From assembly GCA_024626585.2 (NCBI GenBank), contig JANKJI020000002.1, positions 149,062,703 through 149,080,896 of the forward strand: a stretch of DNA of 18,194 nt, read 5' to 3'. The notes below the pieces were generated by a model, which saw only the letters and a list, made by a program, of their open reading frames with translations, was not told the origin of the DNA and did no database searches. A program made the translations under genes and the position numbers. Positions 7,807-15,799 of this stretch are shown here, piece after piece. Source of the stretch: Ginkgo biloba. Lineage: Eukaryota; Plantae; Ginkgophyta. Position 1 is the first letter of the stretch; the number at the start of each line of letters is the position of its first letter.

Positions 7807-10359
7807 CTGCAAACATTAAACTCATGGGAATTGGAATTGGATTTGGAATTAATATTGAACACATTGGAATTGCAATTGGAATTAAAAGTAATGAAAAATT
7901 GAATCGTAGGGGGTAAAGAGGGTATGCCTGGAAAGTCTTGGTGTCGTCGCTTAACCTTGAAATAATGCAATTGAGCTCAATCAGCTTGTCCGGATGACCA
8001 GGAAGATCTACTTGCTGCAAAATGTTCTCAGGGAGAAGTTGGCCCATTAAAAACACTCCACTCAAAAGCAGCACGCGTTGACCTATGGAAGTTATTCCAT
8101 TCCTTATGTACTCTTCCAACGTCGGCACATGTTCTGCGGCCAGCCATTCTGCTTCTTCCATATAACCTCCCAGATAATCCTCCCACTGTCCACATACACA
8201 TACACATATCAGACGCAGATTAAAATGGTATGCACCTCCCATTGTATATTTTAACATTAATTACAATTCCAACATTAAACCAATTAATACTTACAGCCTC
8301 CCGGAAAAAGCCAAGCAATTCACGCCCTTGTGCTTTCTCCGACTCCCATGCCACTTCATGTACAATGTCATAGAAAACTTTGTAGCAAAGTTTCATATAA
8401 TCGGGAAGCGTTTCCACGAAAGACAGATCCCATCTGAAACCAAATATTTCAATTTTTAAAATTATATTAAATTAAATGTCCCCGCCATGCATCATATTGA
8501 ATTTCAATTTCATCCAATATTATTCAAACAAAACAAAATGTAGTCAAATCAAGCAAACTACACCTTCTCACAGCCTCTGTGAAGAGCTTAAGTTCGTCCA
8601 GAGTTCCGTAAGTGTCGTACATATCGTCCAGAACTGTTTGGAGGCATGCGACTTTTGTAAAGGCTAATCGGCATGCAGCATATTGAGGTTCAAACGTCCC
8701 CGCAGCGATCAAGAAGAAAAATTCCAGGGGCCTCTCACGAGCGAAGGTGAACTGAGGTAAACCCGAATCTTTGAACCATCTGTATGCATACGCAATATGA
8801 TACAACCAATTAGTATCACAATGAATGATTATTACTAATTTGAAATCAATTAACATTAATGCATGTATAGTTTGGCACCTTGTGACATTCTTCATCTCCT
8901 CCAAGAGATCAGAGTGTACAATGTTGAAGTCCAACTTTGCCAATTCTAAATATTTATCGTTATACACGCGAGGCATCCTGAAAACATATTAAATTAAAGC
9001 AAATAATTATGCAATGTAACACATTGGATTTATAAGCAAATTATAACTGTGCAATATATCAGTCTAGACATTGGTTAGAGAAACATGAAACAACTCATAG
9101 ATATCCTACGTACTTGTGAATGCTTTCCCCAAGCCAGGCATTGTCTGGTTGATATATTTGACAATATCTCTTTGCTTCGTATCGAGGCACTGTCTTTTGC
9201 CAAGGATTCTCCAATGCATACTTTATCTGATAATGAAAATGAATTAATTGTTGTTGTTAGAAACCATAAACTTTAATATTATAATTTCTTCTCTGGAGAT
9301 GAGTGATCACACACCTCTTGGCCAAGGTTTCGGTTGCTGTTCCAGTCGCTGATGCTGGTTAGAGCTCCTCTTAAATATTTAGTGGTGAAGATTCTGGCTT
9401 CATCCATAACATTCTCTCCCGGAAACGCAAGCTCAGAAGCTCTATATAGGCTCAGCATGCTTGTTATCTCTCTGTTTGCCTGACCGGGCGGACAAACAAA
9501 CTGTCCACTTTCGTCTTTGAAATTCTCGAAAACAACTGCAAAGATTGCTATTGATATTGATATTCAGAATTATTACCACAAATTCATAGACAATATCACT
9601 TTCGAACCAAGAAATATATACATATATATAATTGCTACTCAAGAAATCTGTACCCGGAGATACATTGTAGCGATGCAGTCGAAGTAGCCTAAACCCCAAA
9701 GCAGTGACCTCCAGATCTACGAGGGAATTGTCTTTGCCGCACCCAATTCCTCTTTCGTTCCAGTATCTACATATGCATATTCCATATTGATTTAATACCT
9801 ACTTGGTGTTTTAATTCCCTTTATCAATTGATAATATTGCAGTAAAACGTGATAATTAAGCAGTGCAAAAATTAATATGAGAAGGGAACTGACCTGTATA
9901 CGTAATCAAGCGCTTGCTTGATTTCCAATTGAAAGTGGCGATCGATTCCAAGGCGTTCAACAGTATCAACAACCAGAAGACGTTCAAGTAGATCGATAAG
10001 ATATCCATCTCCATCTCCATTATTGATTGCATTGAACATGCACTTAATCTCCCCAATCAGCTTCTCCGCACGTTCCCTGTAACAATGTTCCTGCACGCAT
10101 AGGCATAGGCATTTTGAATTAGGCCATGGAATCATCACTATACACATATATCTTCTCATCAGATTATTAATTAACGCTAGCTGACATGAAAATCCCCCAC
10201 ACCCACACCCACCCCATAAGGTGATTGGAGAGAATGTATAAAATCGAAACCCCAGACATTGGGATGGGGATTGGCCGTCCGTCGCACAATGGGGGCCGAG
10301 CCACAGCCTTGATTAATGGAATTGGAATTAGAGATTGCAGAAACAGAAATCTGAGCCAT
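7507..10359 (-). CDS. TPS: Gymnosperm class I terpene synthase, probable cytosolic sesquiterpene synthase, (E)-alpha-bisabolene synthase-like (TPS-d3) but lacking the gamma domain; 600 aa. complement(join(7507..7806,7928..8185,8295..8433,8564..8779,8879..8977,9114..9226,9315..9535,9654..9766,9894..10090,10213..10359))
   Basis: Manual splicing gives exons of 147,197,113,221,113,99,216,139,258,300 nt = 1803 nt, in frame with no internal stop. Introns are 122,127,118,88,136,99,130,109,121 nt: eight GT-AG and one GC-AG. Motifs: [11 protein letters not shown] (RRx8W, 10284-10252), [51 protein letters not shown] (RxR), DDMYD (8628-8614), [15 protein letters not shown] (DTE). Only 25 aa precede RR, so there is no plastid transit peptide. 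Family assignment rests on my recall of Abies grandis bisabolene synthase, not on a search. Confidence 0.95.
7928..8185 (-). CDS. TPS exon 9 ([14 protein letters not shown]...ITSIGQR...[10 protein letters not shown])
   Basis: Acceptor GGACAG|TGG; non-canonical donor CAG|GCATAC; phase 0. Confidence 0.9.
8295..8433 (-). CDS. TPS exon 8 ([14 protein letters not shown]...FFREA)
   Basis: Acceptor TTTCAG|A; donor GCT|GTAAGT; 139-nt exon typical of plant TPS genes. Confidence 0.95.
8564..8779 (-). CDS. TPS exon 7 (WFKDSGL...FARERPLEF...[23 protein letters not shown])
   Basis: Acceptor ATACAG|A; donor AG|GTGTAG; carries RxR and DDxxD. Confidence 0.95.
8879..8977 (-). CDS. TPS exon 6 ([18 protein letters not shown]...KNVT)
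   Basis: Acceptor TTTCAG|G; donor AG|GTGCCA; phase 2. Confidence 0.92.
9114..9226 (-). CDS. TPS exon 5 ([25 protein letters not shown]...ESIH)
   Basis: Acceptor TATCAG|ATA; donor AA|GTACGT; phase 2. Confidence 0.92.
9315..9535 (-). CDS. TPS exon 4 ([12 protein letters not shown]...[18 protein letters not shown]...NLGQE)
   Basis: Acceptor TTGCAG|TT; donor GAG|GTGTGT; phase 0. The supplied ORF track misses this exon's frame. Confidence 0.93.
9654..9766 (-). CDS. TPS exon 3 ([10 protein letters not shown]...[21 protein letters not shown])
   Basis: Acceptor ATGTAG|A; donor G|GTACAG; phase 1. DLEV sits where class II enzymes have DxDD. Confidence 0.93.
9894..10090 (-). CDS. TPS exon 2 ([11 protein letters not shown]...[16 protein letters not shown]...ALDYVYR); contains the gamma-domain deletion junction
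   Basis: Acceptor GTGCAG|GAA; donor AG|GTCAGT; phase 2. Confidence 0.93.
10213..10359 (-). CDS. TPS exon 1 (MAQISV...[11 protein letters not shown]...LQSPYG)
   Basis: ATG at 10359; 49 codons; donor GGG|GTGGGT at 10212, phase 0. In-frame alternative donors lie 6 and 12 nt further into the intron. Confidence 0.88.
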
Positions 10360-10454
10360 TGAATATACGTCTATAACCTGACAGCACGATTAATGCAATG
10401 GACAAATTATGTCTCAACTGATCAAACTTGTGAACAAAAGCACCGATCCAATTG

Positions 10455-10462
10455 TATATATA
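10455..10462 (-). promoter_or_regulatory. Candidate TATA box of the TPS gene
   Basis: CTATATATAC about 96 nt upstream of the ATG, preceded on the minus strand by a (CT)n pyrimidine tract. Confidence 0.6.
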
Positions 10463-10481
10463 GAGAGAGATACTGGTTACT

Positions 10482-10515
10482 CCCACATGTTCAAGACGCC
10501 CACCCACATGTTCAA
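10482..10515. promoter_or_regulatory. Duplicated 13-bp element CCCACATGTTCAA containing a CACATG E-box (bHLH/MYC-type site)
   Basis: Exact copies at 10482-10494 and 10503-10515, 20-50 nt upstream of the TATA box. Function is inferred. Confidence 0.45.
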
Positions 10516-10894
10516 TGACAAATTCAACAATCTACTTGTTACGCCCGCATTTCAGCATACGCCCACCAATTGAGAAATTCAATCTACCTAACACAAAATT
10601 GATTACATAAGACTACATCTGACTACATATGATATGATATCTATTCTATTATGGTCACTTTCTGGGTTTCATTCATCCGCTCACTTGGATTCAATTTACC
10701 AAAAAAATTCAAACGGTCATCGAAGACCGTAGACCGTAGTATGAGGCAACAATTTGGGCCGTTGCCGGAAGCGTGAATTTAAGGTCTCCCTTTGCATTTC
10801 GTTGCCGTTTTCAATATGAATATTGCAAAACGTTAAAAAGTTAATGGATGTCAACATCTATTATCATATGCCCATTATTAAACATTATTAGTTT

Positions 10895-10992
10895 TAAGGA
10901 AGACTTGAATTAAAACATTAATTCAATTATTATATGCCTCTCTCTCTTATTAATAAGGAAGACTTGAATTAAAATATTAATTCAATTATTAT
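10895..10992. repeat. 39-bp direct duplication, each copy with an internal inverted repeat
   Basis: TAAGGAAGACTTGAATTAAAA(C/T)ATTAATTCAATTATTAT at 10895-10933 and 10954-10992, one mismatch. Confidence 0.9.
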
Positions 10993-11519
10993 TATATTTG
11001 TATATTTAAGTTTATAATATGGTACAATACTATATAATGCAATGGTATGGAGATGGTAGAGTGCTCCCTACGTCCAAAAATGATAGATTCATTTGTTCTC
11101 TTGTCTATAGAGACCTCTCGTGGCATATTATTGTTTGACTTTCAAGCTATATAGTTGCCCCTTTATTGATGTATATACTCATCGTTGTGGACAAAAGAAG
11201 AAATTTGGTAAGGTCACATCCAATGACTTAAGTTTTGTCACACAAATCAAGGGGTTTTTAATTGAAAGGTATTTTGACTATGTTAATAATACTAAAAACC
11301 ATCTTTAATCATGGCCATGAACCACTAAGATACAATAAAATAACAAATTTAATGTACCTACTATTAATTTTTTTTCATAAGGCCATTCTTAGTTAATGCA
11401 TGCTTTGAATTTCTTCATTGCTAAGAAACCACTAAAGTTGAATGTTATTGTCAAGAAGAATAGGAAATCACACTTCTATATTTCTATAAAAATATTTAGC
11501 GAGTAAAGAAATCAAATAC

Positions 11520-12869
11520 AAAATGTTTCTTTTTGGAATGGATCTTTTATATTGCAAAAATTACAAAGTATATAAAAATGTATTAAGTTGGGGCTTTAAA
11601 AATGATGCAGTTGATTACCCGCTACCTCAAACTACCGGCCGCTTCTAAAGATCCAAACAGGGAAATAGTCTTTGTCCCTTGTGTGATGGCCCGACCCCTC
11701 AAGGGCGTTTGCTCAACCAACCCACAAAATCAACAAACATATAAAATGGAAATACAATTTCAACGGCACATAGGCCTCAACTCATCGACATAAAATCGTG
11801 CATAAAAGGCATGAAGAACACAATGCTTCACAAGAAAAATCTAAATCTTTCATTCAACTTGGCCAACCAGCATAGAATATAATTACATACATTAAATCCA
11901 AAGATCTTACATAAAATGTGGCCCATGACCTATTTTCATAACTCATATACATGCATCCCTGAACTAGGGTTTTATCTGTACTACCAAAATCTCCCACCTT
12001 GGATCATGCACACCATATTCTCAACCTAGCCTTTGAACCCTCTTCCACAATTCGATTACTCGTATCCTTACAAGGTCTCTCCTTAGACCCAAACTTGTCT
12101 TCTTCCTTTCAAATATGGTTTCCTCTATCGATGGTTATGCCACCAAGTTCCTCAATATTCTCCACCAACCATGCTTCATTGTCCCTGCAAGGTCTGCTCT
12201 TGGACCTAAACCTCTTCTCCTTCTCCTCCAAATCAATCCTCCTTTTCTCTTCTTCATGACAAGCTTGTCATCTTCCTCTTCTTGCTAAACATGATCTCCC
12301 TTCTCTTGGAACTTCTTACTTTCTATTTTCCTTCTTTGGAGCTCATTACTCCCTTCTATTTTCCTTCTTGCAGACCTATTATGCTCTTCTTGTCTATGCC
12401 AAACTCTTTCCTCTCCAATCGTCGAATGCCAAAACTCACCTTCCTTTTCCTCCAAGTTATTCCCCTCCAAAATCCACACCTACCGCCAAAATCATTAAAA
12501 TAATTTATTGGTCTCTTTAATTCCCTTAAAAACATGTTGGAGGTGCCTTAAAATCCACCATATAGGTCCCTCATTGGCCATAAATTCTCCGGTGGCCCCC
12601 TTTTAATTTTTGTCATTTTTTATTTTTTTCCTTCGTAGCCTTTTGTTGTCCATCGAATAGTATGGGGTCGTTCATTGAACATAACTAAAATCATTTTTCC
12701 TTCATTGTTCGTCGAACAATAAACTACCATTTGATGAACATAATTATTCGTTCATTGAACATAACTATCATCATTCATCACCCATTCGTCAACCTTCTCG
12801 ATGTCTGTTTAGAAAATTTTTTTGATAATTCATCTACATTTTTTGAGCCCTTTCCAAGGGTATATTTCA
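11520..12869 (-). mobile_element. Probable transposon-derived segment upstream of the TPS promoter (class unresolved)
   Basis: Strongly purine-rich minus strand at about 12000-12480 (E/K/R-rich broken ORFs), a telo-box-like CTAGGGTTT near 11964-11972, and a short palindromic repeat array at 12646-12767. Confidence 0.3.
12646..12767. repeat. Array of about 5 degenerate ~20-bp units with palindromic core GTTCA-N-TGAAC
   Basis: TCGTTCATTGAACATAACTA is exact at 12668-12687 and 12748-12767. Variants lie near 12646, 12706 and 12729. Confidence 0.75.
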
Positions 12870-14169
12870 NNNNNNNNNNNNNNNNNNNNNNNNNNNNNNN
12901 NNNNNNNNNNNNNNNNNNNNNNNNNNNNNNNNNNNNNNNNNNNNNNNNNNNNNNNNNNNNNNNNNNNNNATACCCACTAAGGGAATATGACAATAAGATA
13001 CACATGGAAGATCTACTATTTTATATATATATGAGAATTTATTGTTATATACAATATATGTGTGTGTGTGTGATGTATGTATATTGGTGCTATCAAATTT
13101 TCATATGTATTGGTAATACAACTTTATTTGTATGTCTAATTTACAAGAAATAATGTCATAAATTACTTAACATTGAAGAAGCTTCTATGACATATGTTAT
13201 ATTTATGATAAAGTAAAAATTAAATAATAGTAATGAAAATTATGATTATATCAATGAAAAAAGGATGGGAAAATCCATATAAATTATTGTTATAAAATAT
13301 GCAGACTTCCACCTTCTTATTCTTCAATGTTAACACAAATGTTAATAGTTGGTTATATTGATTAAATATTTTTTTATATTCTCCTTAATTTATAGTTCCT
13401 CCCATAGCAAATAATTTTCATCCATATTGATGTGTTGTATTTAAATAAAATATCAAGGGTATATATGGTTATTTATTTTTAATCATCATGTATATAGTGA
13501 TTATTGTTAGGAACAATGTTCAATTCACATGTTTGTGGTAAGACTTACTTGTCGGGAGTCATAAGAGTATTTTATTCTTTTTTTATCATTAGTGGTAAGT
13601 AGACATGAGATTAGTCTTTTATCATTAAAGACTTGGGGATTAATCAATTAATTCTATTATAAATCCTTAACCAAGTATTCCTCTCACACATATATTCCAT
13701 ATAACTCCTCTCTATTATCATTATCTTCTCACATGGGAATATAACTCCCATTTGTAAGGTGTCACTTTGTGAGGGTAGTAACTCCTCTTGGTCTATATTC
13801 TTTCTATATGTTGCACATTTTAATAAATATGTACACTATCCTCCATTATGCTATGAATGTAGGATGAAGTATCTTAAGTTGTGAGATAACACATAATGAA
13901 ATCTTATATTAGTTTTCTATCAAGTTGAATACAATTATACATTTCATTATGTATAAATTATTCCTTTCTTTATTTTATGGTGTGTGTGAACTATAGTTTT
14001 CTTACACTACCTCCTACATAATCTCTAATATTATACTAGAGATCTCTTGATTTATGTGGTTATTTGTGGAGGAAGAGAAAGGAAGAAAAACTTATTAATT
14101 ATTCTTGGAAGTTTTGGTTGAAGATTTGGTGAAATTATTCTTCTCAAAACCCTCACTTTTCTTCCTTCA

Positions 14170-15090
14170 TTCTAAATTTTAATGCTTATGAGAGTGAAGC
14201 AAGGTTGACATACTTGCTTGCTTGTTGGTTTGATATTGACACTTGGGGTACACTTAATTTTTTAACTAGATCTGATTAGGTGAAGGCCATTATGGGTTTT
14301 GAGTCTATGACTTAGCTCTGAATTTTAGATTATATGCTTGGAGCATTGGCAATGGTCATAATTTCTTTAATGGATAGAATTCTCAATTAAATGTATGGAT
14401 TCATATTAGAATTAGCCAAGGGCTCCAACATATCCCCCCTTTCGAATCCCAAAGGCATGCAACCCAATGGCTAGAGTTTGCACATTATGATGGAGTTGAC
14501 TTGATAAATAACTTATCTATTTTTTTAATGCTTTAGTGTTTGGAAAAGGGGATTTACTTCTACTCTATCAAGTTGGCTTGGTATATTAGATAACACTAAG
14601 TGCTTATACTACTAGCTAATAGAGCAAAGTGCAATGTGCATGTTGTATTTTATAGTGGAAGTGATGCTTTCAGAACCATGGGTATTTCTTGTAGATATGA
14701 GAACCTTTACAATCAAGGATTTAGAACTCAAACTATTGTGTTGAGCACTACATTATTCAATAATGGGTTGAGTTATGGAGTAAGGATTTTAGTGTTATCG
14801 TATCCTCTCATTCTACTCCACCGAAGGTGGTCTAAATGGAGGGAGTTATATTCATTAGTTGGTTAGTGTTGTTGGTTGTGTACATCTTTGTTCTCATTCT
14901 TTTGAGAAGTGATGGGGGTACAACTATATCTTATAGTAAATGTGTCCCCTTCATTCATCCTTTATGTGTATGACGTCAATCATAGAGGGATATAGGGCAT
15001 AGTATAAACTTATATTTTGAAGGTTCTTATTGGAGAAAGCTCTTTCTTATACACTTTATTTTATCTTCCTAACATGCATGGGGGTTTAGC
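14170..15090 (+). mobile_element. Possible highly degenerate L1/LINE ORF2 C-terminal (zf-RVT region) remnant
   Basis: Frame-broken fragments occur in the expected order: AWSIGNG, FTIK, LWSK..PPKV..FISWLVL, ESS..TLFYLP. They resemble plant L1 3' ORF2 motifs. Weak, by eye only. Confidence 0.3.
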
Positions 15091-15234
15091 ACCTAAAAAA
15101 ATAGCTCCAAAAATGCCTACATAATAATGATGTATATGATCACTGATTCATTTATAAGATCTAAAGTGAAGGGAAAAATAATAAATGTCTATATATCAAT
15201 GTTAAGGATTGAATTTTAGAGTATCTTGAAGCAT

Positions 15235-15380
15235 ACCAACATTGACAGGAAAAGGTCGAAGACCAACATCAACAGGGAAAGATCAAAGATTAATATAGAT
15301 AAGGTTAAAGATTGACACTAGCGAGGAAGAGTCTAAAGTCTGACATTGACAAGGGTAAGTTTGACACTAATGAAGGTTGA
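15235..15380. repeat. Degenerate ~22-28-bp tandem repeat (about 6 units)
   Basis: ACCAACATTGACAGGAAAAGGTCGAAG followed by ACCAACATCAACAGGGAAAGATCAAAG (27-bp period), then more decayed TTGACA...AAG units. Confidence 0.7.
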
Positions 15381-15799
15381 GTTCACTCACACCGATGTGA
15401 GATTGAGCTCAATGACACTAATATGGTGAAACTCTGACAATATCCAATTATGATCTTAGCAAGGAAAAAATTATGGGGAAAATCTATCTAAATTTATTTT
15501 TATATACAACATATATTTGTGCTATCAAACATGAATACGTACTAGTGATACAAAGTTATTTATACCACAATAAAAAAGTGATAATAATAAATTTTATGAT
15601 TTTATTATGANNNNNNNNNNNNNNNNNNNNNNNNNNNNNNNNNNNNNNNNNNNNNNNNNNNNNNNNNNNNNNNNNNNNNNNNNNNNNNNNNNNNNNNNNN
15701 NNNNNNNNNNACTCGTCCATTTGTAACGATCATCAATTCATTCATAAATCAAACATGTTATAAAATGTCTTATTTCTTCAATAACACCTGATAGGGTTG

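Noticed and set aside
9690-9730. Class II (DxDD) diterpene cyclase activity
   Set aside because: The motif position reads DLEV, the gamma domain is absent, and there is no transit peptide.
7522-10056. Antisense and alternative-frame ORFs overlapping the TPS gene (7522-7725, 8476-8667, 9085-9276, 7782-7970, 9856-10056)
   Set aside because: These are short shadow ORFs of real exons with no recognisable motifs.
7507-10359. TPS as a pseudogene or as several separate small genes, as the ORF track suggests
   Set aside because: All fragments splice into one uninterrupted 600-aa frame with intact catalytic motifs. The only irregularity is the GC donor.
10378-10427. Possible 5' UTR intron (CAA|GTTTGA ... 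TGCTGTCAG|G) just upstream of the ATG, or a relic acceptor for lost transit-peptide exons
   Set aside because: It would be only 50 nt, short for a plant intron. The TATA box lies immediately upstream and I see no upstream coding exon.
12646-12767. CRISPR-like appearance of spaced palindromic repeats
   Set aside because: The context is eukaryotic with spliceosomal introns, the units are degenerate, the intervening sequence is itself repeat-derived, and there are no cas genes.
13530-14040. Possible Mutator transposase or Copia remnant on the minus strand (DYVGGSVRK...)
   Set aside because: Too degenerate; no ordered set of diagnostic motifs can be supported.
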